A DNA stretch of 64,000 bases, taken from the NCBI RefSeq assembly GCF_009834535.1, contig NC_045696.1, positions 47,990,001 to 48,054,000 on the forward strand, given 5' to 3'. Below, one piece after another: positions 1-13,270 of this stretch. How positions within the stretch are numbered: the stretch's first letter is position 1; the number at the start of each line of letters is the position of its first letter. This stretch comes from Camelus ferus. Taxonomy: Eukaryota. Below the pieces are notes generated by a model. That model saw only the letters and a list, made by a program, of their open reading frames with translations. It did not search any database and was not told where the DNA came from. The position numbers were made by a program, and so were the translations under genes.

Positions 1-224
1 GTGAGACTCTCCCATAGCTCCAGGAGAGCTAAGTCCAAACATATATATATATTCTTGTAAATGTATATATTTATGAAATTGTTGTTGTTTGTTCTGTGGA
101 ATAACCACAAATAACATAACACAAAGGCATTCAGGAAGCAGAGAGGCTGTTGTTAAGACTCTGTTCTCATTTAATCTTTCTAGGGTTTAGAATTAGCCTG
201 TATGTAGCTGAATTTGTGTGTATT

Positions 225-273
<49 letters not shown>

Positions 274-299
274 CAGGGAGAGAGAGAGGGAGAGAGAGA
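225..299. repeat. Compound (TG)n(AG)n microsatellite
   Basis: TG run at 225-240 followed by an imperfect AG run to 299. It explains the CVCV/ERER ORFs in the track. Confidence 0.95.
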
Positions 300-1299
300 T
301 TGATTCTTCATACTCTACCGTGTAATTTATTAGCATCATCCCCAGTGATGGATTGGAGAGATTGCTCATTAAGCCTGCAGATGGGACTATGCTGGGCAAG
401 CTAACAAGATATGAAGTTGGTTAATTTCAGAGCTTCCCAAAGCAGTGGAGAGGTAGATAAGACTTTCCTGAGTCTCTAAGTATGGCAATCAGGCTAGATC
501 ATGAATGTGAAATAAAAGAACATGATTTCGTAGGGAGAAGTCTAGGAAAATTTAAATGACAAAGTGGAATAAATTTTCAGAAATAGAGATTTTAGGAAAA
601 TGCTCCAGTGAAAATTAAGAAAAGAGCACAGAAAACCTTTATCCCTTTTAGATGTGAGATGGGGATAAAACTGCTAAAAATTCTTAAGAATATCTGAATA
701 ATAAAATATCAACAGCAGACAGATGACTACAGCATATCATGTGGTGGGAAGTTAAAGGTCAACTAAATCAGGTGATAATGTGCTTGATTTGCATGAGAAT
801 TAGATTAATTTGTTATTTAAACTTATTTGCTTGCCTACTATATAACCCCCTCTAAAACATTTCGCATATTGTTAACAAAGTAATCTCTCTTGTAAGGTTT
901 TTATTTTGGAATAATTTTAGATTTACAAAAAGTTTCAAAAATAAAGATGTCTCATATAATGTTTATTTAGATGTCCCAAATCTTAACAGTCTGCCACACT
1001 TATTTATCATTCTCTCTTTTTCCTCCTCCCTCCTTTCTTCATCCCGGCCCACCTTCCAGCCTTCCTGCCGTACTTCTTTCCTTCTTTTTTTCTCTTTATC
1101 TTTTTTTGTATTTATACATTTTGAGGGGGACCTGAGGGGGAACTCAAAATGTATTCCTCCTCCTTCCTCTGCCTCATTTAATTAACTTTTTATTATTCTT
1201 TGTGTCTCTCACATTGATGATTTTTCTTCAGTCCCCGCAATTAAGCTAGGTTTTCCTGTAGATCACTGTACCTTTCATTAAGAGGACTTAGCACACTCT

Positions 1300-1455
1300 G
1301 TGATCTATGTTATTGTAAATATTGATTAATGTTTCTCTCATAGTAGATACAATTCCATAATTGTCAGGGAATGTGCTGTGTTGCTTGACTTGAATCTCTA
1401 AGATCTAGCACAGTAACTGACACATAGTAAACAGTCACTAAATATTTGTGGACTG
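1300..1455 (+). mobile_element. L2 3' end fragment
   Basis: 'tctagcacagtaactgacacatagtaaacagtcactaaatatttgtggactga' resembles the L2 3' terminus. Confidence 0.6.
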
Positions 1456-1925
1456 AAAAAAAAAGCATGTCTCTAGGCGTGTAGTATTGAAGTTAGCAAG
1501 ACCTGTGGTTATGTAGTGTCTTAGCAGTTATTCCATAATTTGCTAAGTATTTGGTTTTGTGAAATCACCTGCAATAATGAGAGTCTGGTTTATTTATTTC
1601 TACGATTTATACTTCATTTCTTAGGTGCATCTGTGTGTATGTGTATAACTGCAGCAGCTCTGGTCTCCAGAGTAATGAAGTGAGTACTAGTGACAGTGGA
1701 TATTTCTCTTTTGTTTTGACTGAAACAAGAATGATTTTGATCTTTCATTAAGAATGGTTTTCTAGAAGCTAACTTTAAAGAAGCTTCTTTCTATAGTTGG
1801 CTAAGAATTTTCTTTAAGAATGTGTATTGAGTTTTATCAACCAATTATTTTCAGTATTTTCTCTTTTAACCTATTTGTTACTAAGCAGACTAATTCTTAC
1901 ATTCCAAGAAAAACTTGTATGGCTA

Positions 1926-2165
1926 TGTATCATTTAGGAAGGCTTTTGACTGCAAATGACAGAATATCCAATTAAAAGTGAACTAAGTCACAAAGACAGA
2001 CATTAACTCACATTTCAAGAAGTCTGGAGTTAAGCTGTTCCAAAATGGTTCAGGCTCAACAATATTAGGACTCAAACACAGGTTTCTGAGATCCTCATGG
2101 CCTTCCTCTCATGATCTTTAGATGACTGTAGCGACTCTTAGCACCATGTTCTCATACAGAAGCAG
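1926..2165. mobile_element. MaLR (MLT1-like) LTR fragment
   Basis: 'ttttgactgcaaatgacagaa...aactcacatttcaagaagtctggag' resembles old MLT1 LTR ends. Confidence 0.5.
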
Positions 2166-3289
2166 AAGCCATCATGTATACAACCTTTAAATGCAAGTAT
2201 ATATCCAAAAACGTCAAACTTGAAATTTGTTTCACTTAAATATATAATATGAATCTAGTGCTAATATAGTACTTAAATAGCACAGAAAAACATGTAAATC
2301 TAAGACATCAAGATATCAATCTAATGTTGGTGATCATTTATTAAAATGTCCATATTGCTGAAGATCAGGTTTACATAAAATGAAACCCACTTACATTTGA
2401 ACACTATTAGAGAATCTATATATATCCTTAAATCATTATTTTAAAAACTAAAAAATTTTATAAAGCTGTACATAACACTCTAATCCTATAATCTAAGCTT
2501 CTTAAATATAGTATGATACCTTGTATGATTATTTTGAAGTCCTAAATAAATTTATTTCTCAACATTCTTTAAACATGTATTGACATGTAGCTTAATATTT
2601 ATAGGTTGAAGTTACATCTATCAAAATTTAATGTATTTGAATTTATAACTTAATTTTATAAAGCAGTTTTTGTGATGGGTTTGGATACATATATCACAAT
2701 GCTAAGGCTGCAATCTGAATGGATAAACATTTATAAATATTGTACTTGAAAGGAAAAATAGTGTCTTTTTCCCCTACATTGATTAGATGTTATTTTGAAT
2801 CACAAATTCAACATATCTCGTAGGATACTACCTCAAAACTGTGTTGAAAATGCTTGCCTTTCTTGGAGATACACTTGAATTAATTCCAGCTGAATATTTT
2901 AGGTATGATTTATTTTTAAAATACACAATACTTGGATAATATAGACAGCACTTTTTCTATTAATGTATATCAAAATCCTGACATTTTTGGCAAGTAAAAT
3001 CGAGAAATAAAGAATTAAGGGACAATTAAACAATGAGGACAATAAAAATCTGAAGTGCAGATTATAAAATAATTATTTATTTAGTTATTTGAATAAAGAT
3101 TAATGTGCTAATGAATATTCCTGAAACATACTAGAAAGTATAATTAAATTCAATATTATTTAAGCTTATTTAGCCTTTGAAATCTGGCATTTTTGCCTGT
3201 TTGTATGGAGGTCTAGGTAATCTGAGTAGTTTTCACATTACAATAAAACTATTTGTTAGATAAAAAAATTAAATCAGACTTGAAAATAA

Positions 3290-4020
3290 GTCAAATGGCT
3301 TTAGAAATAACAATTTCTAGTGGTCTTATCAGCTAAAAAGATGAATTTAATAGCAACTAACACACACACAGGAATTAAAAATTAGTGAATGAAGGATCGA
3401 CCTGAAGAAATTACACAATAAAACACTGAGAGACAAGAAGACAGAGAATATAAAAGAGAAACTAAAAGATACAGAAGATACAATGAGTAGGTCTATCATA
3501 ATTGAGGAAAAGAGAGGAGAGAAGATGTAAGAGACAATAGCTGACAGTTTTCTAGAAATAATCAAAGAAATTAATTCACAAAATACAGATAGTTCAAAGT
3601 ATACCAAGAAAGATTAATGAAAGTAAATCCACATCCACAATGTTGCAGTGATTTTTCAGCACACCACAAAGTACGTCTCAAACACAGTGGAGGGAAAAAG
3701 CAAGATTACCTGCTGAAGAATGATAATTAAACTAACACCAGATTCTTTTTAAGTCAGCGGAAGCTAGTGCACAATAACATTGTCTAACTTTAAAAATCCT
3801 GAGGTAAAATAATTCTCAATCTGCTTTTTTGTCCTTATTAGATTTAACTTTCAAGAATGAGGGTGAAGATTTTTTTTTTAAACAAACAAAAACTAAGGGA
3901 ATTTACCAGCACAGAGACTCATGAAAGGGACTTTTAAAAAGTGAACTTAAGGAATAAAAGTGAACCCAGAAAAAAATCCTATATGCAAGAAGAAATAATG
4001 GGCAAAGACACTGGCAACCA
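3290..4020 (+). mobile_element. Ancient L1 ORF1-region fragment
   Basis: A-rich degenerate ORF1-like sequence ('aaaattagtgaatgaaggatcgacctgaagaaattacac...'). Confidence 0.55.
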
Positions 4021-4042
4021 TGTAGATGAATGTTGATGATGA

Positions 4043-4439
4043 TGTGGCAGCCATGAAAATGCACCTTGCAGGTCTCCAATAAAAGGGAGCATAACTGACC
4101 AAGAGCTCTGGTTTCTACAGACTGAAATCCATCTCCACAGTTACTCCAAGCTCACTTTTTCCATGTGCTATTCCCAACCAATGACTAACTGTACAAAAAT
4201 ACCAAGACAGGACTGTTACTGGGAAATACAGGACTCCTTTCATGATGCTCCTTGGCTTGACGACTCCCATAGTACTTAGAATGCTACAACACGACCAATC
4301 TTCCTTTCTCCTTCATTTCGGATTAAACTTGCTTCATGGTCTGGCTTTTCCAACCTCTCCCCACTTTCTTTAACAGACATTTCCCCTAATAAAATCCTCA
4401 CTCATTTAATCCTGCTTCTTGAGGACTTAGATTAACACA
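4043..4439 (+). mobile_element. ERVL-type (LTR16-like) solo LTR
   Basis: Starts TGTGGCAGCC, has AATAAA near 4388 and ends '...cttagattaacaCA'. Confidence 0.6.
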
Positions 4440-4479
4440 ATAATATTGCCTAATGTTAGTCAGTAAAGGAGAAGCTGAG

Positions 4480-5090
4480 AAAAAATCCAGACACATATCA
4501 TACAGAAAACAAATGCAAAAATATAGACATAAATTTAACTGTATCAATAATTGAGCCCAAAGTAAGTAAACTAAACTCTATCAGAAAGCAAAGATTATCA
4601 AACCTGATGACAAAGAAAAGTTCAATTATATGCTTTCTGCAAGAGATATATTTTAGATTAAAAGATATATAAATATTGAAAATAAAACAGTGAAAAAATA
4701 CATATCTAGGTGGGGAAGATATAGCTCAAGTGGTAGAGTGCATGCTTAGCATGCGTGAGGTCCTGGGTTCAATCTCCGGTACTTACTCTAAGAACAAATA
4801 AGTAAACCTAATTACCTCCCCCCACCAAAAAACCCACAAAAAAACTAATAACAAAAATACATATCTATACAATGTAAATATTAAGCATAAGAAAAATAGA
4901 ATGATTGTATTTATATTGGATAAAATAAAATTTAATGTAAGAAATACTGGAGACAAAGAGGAACATGTTATAATGCTAAAAAAGTTACTACATCAGGAAG
5001 ATATAAGAATTATAAATGTATATGTATCCAACAGAGCCTCCAGTACATAAAGCCAAAAGACAAAGTTGAAAGATAAACAATTCAGTAATT
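4480..5090 (+). mobile_element. Ancient L1 ORF2 endonuclease-region fragment, interrupted by a SINE
   Basis: Degenerate match to the ORF2 start ('ttatatgctttctgcaagagata', 'caggaagatataagaattataaatgtatatg'). Confidence 0.65.
4709..4852 (+). mobile_element. tRNA-Ala-derived SINE (vic-1-like, camelid)
   Basis: A box TAGCTCAAGTGG, B box GGTTCAATC, AGC anticodon remnant and A-rich tail. Perfect 15-bp TSD AAAAATACATATCTA at 4694-4708 and 4853-4867. Confidence 0.9.
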
Positions 5091-5194
5091 CTGTGTAAAC
5101 ACATCAGTATAATTATGAAATGTAAAATCTTTTTTTATTTTGTCAGACTTTTTAAATATAAAAGAATTAAACCATTATTTTGTTAAGTCTTTAA

Positions 5195-6797
5195 AAAGAT
5201 TTGTTATTAACATACAGTTGATGTACAAATATTATATGTTATAGGTGTACAGTATAGTGATTCAGAATTTTTAAAGGCTATAAGCCATTTGTAGTTATTA
5301 TAAAATATTGGCTATATTTCTCATGTTGTACAATATATCCTTGTAGCTTATTTTATACATAATAGTTCATACCCCTTAATTCCCCTACCCTGACTTCACC
5401 CCTTCACCTTCTCTCTCCCCACTAGTAACTACTAGTTTGTTTTCTGTATCAGTGAGTCTGCTGCTTTTTTGTTATATTCACTAGTTTATTTTTTCAGATT
5501 CCACATGTAAATAATACAATACAGTATTTGTCTTTCTCTTTCTGACTTACTTCACCTAGTATGATAACATCTAGTTCCATCCATGTTGCTGCAAATGGCA
5601 TTACTTCATTTTTTATGACTGAATAGTATTTCATTGTGTGTATGTGTATATATATACATATATATATATATGTATATACCACATTGTCTTTTTCCATTCA
5701 TCCATTGATGGACATTTAGATTGCTTCTACAGTCTTGGCTATTGTAAATAGTGCTACTGTGAACATTGGGGTGCATGTGTTTTTTTGAATTAGTGTTTTT
5801 GGGGTTTTTTTGGATATATCCCCAGGACTGGGATTGCTGGGTCATATAGTAGTTCTTTTTTAGTTTTTTCAGAAAACTCCATACTGTTTTCCACAGTGGC
5901 TGCACCAATTTATATTCCCACCAACAGTGTATGAGGGTTCCCTTTTCTCCACATCCTTGCCAATGTTTGTTATTTGTGGTCTTTTTAATGACAGTCATTC
6001 TGACAGGTGTGAGATGATAACTCATTGTGGTTTTGATTTGCATTTCCCTGCTGATTAGTGATGTTGAGCATCTTTTCACATGCCTGTATATCTTTTTTGG
6101 AAAAACGTCTTTTCAGTTCTGCCAATTTTTTATTCAAGTTTTGTTTGTTTTGTTTTGTTTGTTTTTATGTTGAGTTGTATGAGCTGTTTAGGTATGTTGG
6201 ATATTAACCCACTATTGGTCATATCATTTGCAAATATTTTCTCCCATTCAGTAGGATGCCATTTTGTTTTGTCTATGGCTTCCCTTTGCTATGCAAAAGT
6301 TTTAAATTTTAATTAGATCCCATTTGTTTATTTTTGCTTTTATTTTGTTTACTTTAGAAGATAGATTCAGAAAATATTAAATATTGCTATGATTTATGTC
6401 AAAGAATGTTATGCCTATGTTTTATGGTTTCTGGTCTTTAATCCATTTTGAGTTTATTTTTGTATCTGGTATTAGAGAATGTTTTCATCTCTCTCTGTCT
6501 TTTTTTTTTTTTTTTTACATGCAGTTGTCTAGTTTTCCCAGTATCACTGGTTGTGGAGGCTGTCTTTTCTCTATTTGAATATTCTTGCCTCCTTTGTCAT
6601 AGATTAATTGACCAAAATGTTGTGGGTTTATTTCTGGGCTCTCTATTATTTTCTATTGAGCTACATGTCTGTTTTTGTGCCAGTACTATACTGTTTTGAT
6701 TATTGTAGCTTTGTAATATAATCTGAAGTCAGGAAACATCAGTATTCCAGCTCCGTTGTTCCTCTCCAGATGGTTTTGACTATTCAGCGTTTTTGTG
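5195..6797 (-). mobile_element. 5'-truncated L1 (ORF2 C-terminus plus 3' UTR)
   Basis: ORFs 5606-6079 and 5494-5697 match the ORF2 Cys-rich C-terminus ([14 protein letters not shown]; ends CGI) and are frameshifted. Confidence 0.9.
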
Positions 6798-9700
6798 AGA
6801 AGTACACCATTACTGATAAATTTAAATTCGCCCTCTTCATTTCCATCTTCTTTCTCTCCTCAGAGACAACCTCTATCTAAAATTTAGTATATATCCTTTT
6901 AGTTCATAGTTTTCTTACTTGTGTATGTAGCATGAAACCTTAGACTTCCTGTTTTTTAGTGCATGTAAATATCATGTGACACACATCATTCTGTAACCAC
7001 TTTACTTAGACCTGTCCCCATGCTGGTACTTGTGGATCAGTTTCATTCACATGAATACATTGAATAAATACACCACATTTTTTTGTTCACAGTTGCAAAA
7101 TAATCTTCTTCATTAAATACACATTACCCAGTAGTAGTTTAGAGAATTTTTAACAACATGATGAGTACTTGTGTTTTATTGGAAAGACACTCTAATTCCC
7201 TTTCAAACATGTCTTATAAGCATATCTTTTTAATAGCCTTTTGAACATTGCTGACATGTGATGATGAGGTCTCTCCCCTCTCTGCTAAGTATCATGAAAT
7301 CTACCTGTATGTCAGAAGTCTTTTGAAAACCCAAGAAAATCCTTGGAGGGCTTTTTTTAGGAAGTTTGCCATATACTAAAGAAAGTCTGTGATTTTGATA
7401 TATTGAGGAATCGAGGTATGGTGTTTGCCTACCTCTGGATGTTAAGTATTTCCCTTCTTCCTTCCTGCAATGCCATTCTTAGGAAATGACCAAGTTTTAC
7501 TTAAAATTCTAAATCTATAGCTCTCTTTGTCATAACTCCATTCTCTGATCAGTCACATTACATTTCCTCCAATACTTTGCTATTACAAAAATGATGCATT
7601 GTGCATATTTTTATGTGTCTCTTTGGGCAGAGTTTCTGTGTGAGAAACTTGTGAAAGTTTCTGTAGAAAAAAAACTTAGAGGTTGAACTGTTGGGTCAGA
7701 GGGCTCGAGTATTTGTGGGTTTATCTAAATACTGCCGAATTGCTCTACTAGAGTGGCTTTTCTAACTTGTCCTACTTTCAGTGTGAGTTTCCTTTCCCTC
7801 CACAGTTGCCAGCAGGTGGTGTTGCCAAACACTTAATCTGGTTGGTGAAAGTGGTATCTTTTTGTTGTTTTCGTCTACATTTACATGATTAATTATGATA
7901 TTGGTCTCCGTTTTGTGCCACTGATCTGTATAGTCTTACATGAATAACACACTCTTTTAATTCCTAAAACTTTAAATAATGAATAATAAAGAAATAAGAT
8001 AATACATTACGGTCTTCGTAGACTCCTGTGCTCTTTCTATCATGCAACACTGCCTTGATATCCTACTTTTTACTTCTACTTAGCTCTTTCTTTCTAAAAT
8101 CTTGTAAGCTTCTGGAGGTGAAGGAATGTTTGTTGGGCACCATCTGTATACTCTCTAAGGGTTAATTTCTGTTGCATCTTTCTCAACGCTTATTAGAGTG
8201 TGATACACATAGCAGGTGAATGAATGAATGAATAAACTAGCTGATCTCTGCCTCAATCTGTCAGTGGGTGAGTGAAAGATTTCATTAGGCTGTGGCCTTG
8301 CCTGATGCGTTAATTCACACCATCCTTTGCACCAGCATCTGGCACCTACAGTGATGGGTCCTCTCCTAGCTTTATCAGAGCTTCTGGAAAGAATGCTATT
8401 TAAGCTGGTCCCTGATTTCCTATTTTAGTTTCTAAAACATTATTCCACTGGGTCTTCCTGACCTAGAGTCAAGAGAGTATCACTGATGCACTAAGACAGT
8501 AAGGAACCATTTCTGAGTGAAACATAGCACTGGCTATGTGCTCTTTGCACCTTGCCTAATGTACACGATTAGAAATGATGAATAGTAATAGTAATAGGAG
8601 CTTAGAGAAAGCGAGACCCAAAAGCAATAACAATAAATGACAATGTTTGCTGTAATAGTATTATCCTTTACCTTGCTCATTTTTTAATTAGGGGACTTAA
8701 TCTTTTAGCCTTGAGCATTATCTTTTTTTAACTGCTGAAATGATTTGTCCAAGGATACACAAATGAACCAGTAACTCAATTTTAATGAAAGGCAGATCTG
8801 TCTTCAAATCCTGACCTTCTTTTAGTTTCTCCAATGCAAACCCCACTTAGAAGGGTGCAGCGTGCTCTATGTAGCTAATTTAAGTAGTAGTAAATAGCCC
8901 TGAATTTGACACATTGGATTTCTGCATCATCTTACAAATCATGACAGCAATCTGGCTTCACCAAGACTTTCAGAATACTACAAGGACTCAATGGACAAAA
9001 CCTACATAATTCTAGAAGTTCATGGCTCTTTGTTGTATGTTTTCCTGTTGCTGTTTTGTGGAAAGAGGCTGTATTGGCTGGATTTACTTCTTACTTTAGT
9101 ATCTATGTTTGGTGAGCTGGAGGCACTGAGTTGTTCTGACCTGATCAATAGTTCTAGTTTAAAGGATTTTCTAGTTGTATGGACTTTTATTAAAAATAGA
9201 GCAAGGTGGATATTGCAGTAAAATTTTTCTTTCTGCCTTAACTAGTAGTCTCTTGGGATATAGAGTATTTTCTGTCATTCAGCAAAACTGCTGAGGAGGG
9301 ACTCACAACTATCATAGGCTAGGTGGGGTTCCTGGTAGTGGAGGAATGACTTTCATCCAGAACAATCAGAAAACAAAAGTAGAATCCAAGGAGAGTCCAG
9401 GGGAAGTCTCATTCTGGAGTTCTGAAGTGTAGCATGAAGTGGTGAGACAGTGCAATTTCTAGAGGTACCCCTGAAGTACCTACCTAAGATATATTCAAAC
9501 AATAACAAAATATTATGTATGATGGGGCACAGTAGTCATTTTGAATAAATGCTACAAAAAGACTTTCTAGAAGGATACAAATATAGTAAGAAGTCATCCT
9601 CAGGAATATTACCCAGAAGATGGAGAAATCTTTTTACATTTTCATAACCAAAGAGCAGTGAGAAGTTTGAGTCACCACTGTGCCTGAAATCATCTCAAAC

Positions 9701-10877
9701 TCGCTGACCCCTACCTGCCAGGATATAAATGATTTTGGATCCTATTAAGCTCTGGTCAAAGGAAGTTAAAATATAAAAAAAGAAAAAGAAGAAGAAGAGG
9801 AAAAGATATTCCCCCATACCAAGATTTATTCTTATACAAATAATCTTAATTACACCAATAACTCAAGACTCTTAGGCCAATAACAATTAACTTAATAATT
9901 CCTCTAATTAACTAAACAATTTAAATGTGTCCCTATACATAAATTTTACAAAGTATACACACACTATAATTTATGAGGTTACATTTTATTTAAGAGGCTG
10001 ATTAGTGTAATTTATTTTCCAATATCAACATTCCAATAAAGCACACTTTACAATGTACTCAAAGATCATTTACACCCAATGCTTTATCATTCCTAAAAGG
10101 TTCTCATTCTGAGCATGCTAGTATCTGGAACCTACTATTTTGGGGAGAAAAAAGAAAACTCTTCTTAACAAGTCTGTTATCTTATTTTTAATTTTAGCAC
10201 TTTAGAATTTATAAGGCACTTACCATATATCATTTGCATGGAATGCTTTCATTAATTCTATTAGTATTTATTCAATCTTTTATACAGACTAGCTTTCCCC
10301 AAGGTCACATGGCCAGGAAGGAGAGGACTAAGGGAGAAGACAAAATACTTTTTCTGTGTCCTGGTTCTTCCAAAATTTATTATTTTTTGGTAAAGATTCT
10401 AAAATTCTTATACATTAATTCAGCAGGAAGAACTTTTTTTGGAAACATTTCCTGCATTTCCTCCATCTCTTTTGAGTATTAATGATTCAGGAGGCACCTA
10501 CTGATTCAGAGCTAAGAAAGTATAACTTTTAAAGGATTTAATGGATTTAATAGAAATACAGATTGCTCTTTGTGGCAGACAAAACTATAATGTAAACAAC
10601 TAACATTTTACTTTTTAGCTCAGCAAGTGAAATGAAGACTCGGATCATTTTGCCAAATACTGTGCCTAAAGCTCATCTGCAGGGCATATTTGCAGGCATG
10701 TCAGAAAGAACACATTTCAAATCTCAAAACTTACCGTATTTTCCATTGTTAAAGCTGTAAATACTCAGAGAAAATTCTTTGTAACACAGTGAGTATCATT
10801 AATATATACTATGTGCACTTTTGTACCTTATGTTGCCTGTCATGAAAATGAAAGCCCAAAGGACTTAAAAAAATGAC

Positions 10878-11320
10878 CTGTTGTTCTTTCTCCATTGCTG
10901 CGTAAGAAATAATCACAAACTTAAAACACCGTTGAGTTGCCTCCTGGTTTTTGTGGATCAGAAATTTCTGCATGACACACTCTGCTCAAGGTCTCATGAG
11001 GCTGCCATCAAGGTGTTGGCCAGTGCTGAGGTCTCATTTGCAGCTTGGGGTGCTCTTCCCAACTCATTTAGGCTATGAACAGAATTCAGCCCCTTATGGG
11101 TACAATATGATTGAGGCCCCACTTTTCTTGCTAGCTGTTGGCTGGGGTTGCTCTCAGTTCTTAGAGGCCACTTTCCTGTACTAGGCCCCTCCAAAGGCAA
11201 CTCATGACATTGCTATCCAGCAGAAGAGCTCTCTGAGGCTTCCAGGTTCTTTTAAAGGCCTCATCTGATTATATCAACCTCACCCAGGAAAATCATAGTC
11301 AGTAATATTTTTTTTTCAGT
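10878..11320. mobile_element. MaLR MLT1-like LTR
   Basis: 'ccattgctgcgtaagaaataatcacaaac...gctgccatcaaggtgttggccag...' are typical MLT1 motifs. Confidence 0.65.
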
Positions 11321-11569
11321 ATCTCCTTTCTCACATTGGATTATGGGCGTGTGTACACTTTAAGGGAGTCTTTTCTGCCTTAGAAATCTTTGTGTTTGCA
11401 GTATTTAGGCTGACACTGAGTAGGCTGTGTGTGCTAAAGGAAGGAAAGAAGGAAAGGGGGTGAGGGGGAGTATTCTCAGATGCTCACTCCAGAACCTATG
11501 TATGTTTTTTTTTAAACAGAAATTGTACAATTGTGTACTTTACTTGGTTTTGTTTTCTTTTTGGTAATT

Positions 11570-12255
11570 TTTCTATTCTGGTAAAATATGTATAACACAA
11601 AACTGACCCTTTTAACTGTTTTTAAGTGTACATTTCAGTTACATTAAGTTCATTCTCTTTGTTGTGTTACCATCACCACTGTCCATCTCCAGAACTTTTT
11701 CATCACTCCATAGTGAAATGCTGCACCCATTAAATAATAAATTCCCACTCCTACCTTCCTAACAACGTCTCATAACCATTGTTCTCTCTGTCTCTATGGA
11801 TTTGATTATTCTACGTACCTCATATAAGTGGAATCACAAAATCTTCATTCTTTTGCTTATGGCTTATTTCATTTGGCATTATGTCTTCAAGGTTCATCCG
11901 TGTTCTAGCATGTATCTGAATTTCATTCCTTTTTTATGGCAATATTCCATTGTATGTATATAATACAGTTTATGCATCCATAGTGGAAATTTTTGATGTT
12001 TCCACCATTTGGCTTTTGTGAATAGTCCTGCTTTCTGTTACTTTGTATGTACATTCGTAAGTGGACTGCTGGTTCATATTGTAAATCACTGTTTAATGTT
12101 TTTAGGAAACACCATACTGCTTTCTACTGCAGCCGCACTGTTTTATCTTCCCATCAGCAATGCACAGTTTTCCAGTGCTTCCAATTCTTGCCAACACTTG
12201 TTGTTTTCTTGTTTTTTGCTAACAGCCATTATGATGGGTATGAAGTGGTACCATA
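11570..12255 (-). mobile_element. Old L1 (L1MB-like) 3' end
   Basis: 'ttgtgttaccatcaccactgtccatctccagaacttttt', 'tcatataagtggaatc' and 'ttgccaacacttg' match an L1MB-type 3' UTR and ORF2 end. Confidence 0.75.
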
Positions 12256-12734
12256 TTTGTTTTATAATATATTTTGTTCACTTTGTAGTTTGTCAAACTT
12301 TGTAATAAAATGATATGAAATATTCCTAAATGAGATAGTTTTCATTTGCCGCATAGTATTCCATCATATAGCTACCCATAATGTATTTAATTAATTATTT
12401 ATTGCCTGATATGTATGTTATGCACATTCTAGATTTTATTCTGATTTTCTCCAATCTAAAATTTGATTTTATAAGAAATCTCATTGTTTTGTTCTTTTTT
12501 ATTCCAGAGAATGAGTGATTTATATGTGTGAGTACATCTATGAGTGTGTCCTTGTGTAGTTGGCTGGTGTAGGGTGGGTTGTGATGGTGACAATTTTAGT
12601 CGCTTGTCTCAGTCTCCTTTAAAATGTTCATATTCAAGGATTTAAAGTATACATTTTATAATGAAAGCATTAATTATCTGTCATATAAAATTTTACTGTC
12701 TTTCCTTTTAAGTTATAAACATTTATTTTGGCAC

Positions 12735-12920
12735 TTTCTTGGATTGGGTTCCTTGGGAGACAGACTCTGAAAGATCTGTACACAGGAGATTTATAGGAAA
12801 GTGTTCTGAGCAACAATATCTGTGAGCAAATGTGAGAGCTGGACTGTTCTTTGTATCTGAACAGGGCAGTACTAAGGCAGGCTCCAGTGGATCACCTGGG
12901 TGCCAGATGACACAGTGGCT
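12735..12920 (-). mobile_element. ERVL-type LTR fragment
   Basis: 'gggttccttgggagacagactctga...ttctgagcaacaatatctgtgag' resembles an LTR33/LTR16-class terminus. Confidence 0.5.
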
Positions 12921-12924
12921 CCCA

Positions 12925-13270
12925 AGCAGTCATGTGCAACACAAAGGTTTCCACACACATTGTGTCCATCCCTCTATGTCTCACCACATGCCTCTTTCTG
13001 AGAAGTCTCTGTCCCAGATCTCCCAGTCTTTTTCCTTCCATGCCCCTTCCAGCCAGTCAAGACCTTTGCCATTGCTCATGAAACCATATGTATCATAAAT
13101 TTGGGCCACTTCCCACACAAAGCAGATGGCTGGGTGCACCATCTGAAGCTCTGCCTGTTGGGAGGAAGTTCATTTTCTGTTGATTTCAAGGTTATCTCTG
13201 AGTGAGATGCAGGAGCTGGCAATTTTCAGCTTGTATCCATGTATGGAGCCAATCTACCAATGAATGAAGA
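12925..13270 (-). mobile_element. Degenerate ERVL pol (RNase H) fragment
   Basis: With frameshifts, the minus strand gives SSQQAELQMVH...WKEKDWEIWDR...RGMW. This resembles ERV-L RNase H (SSQWAEL...WKIGDK..WGRGMW). Confidence 0.65.

Noticed and set aside
150..404. ORFs with CVCV/ERER or SLSL runs
   Set aside because: They are microsatellite translation artefacts.
4709..4790. Possible tRNA-Ala gene
   Set aside because: It has an A-rich tail, a 15-bp TSD and mismatched stems, so it is a SINE copy.
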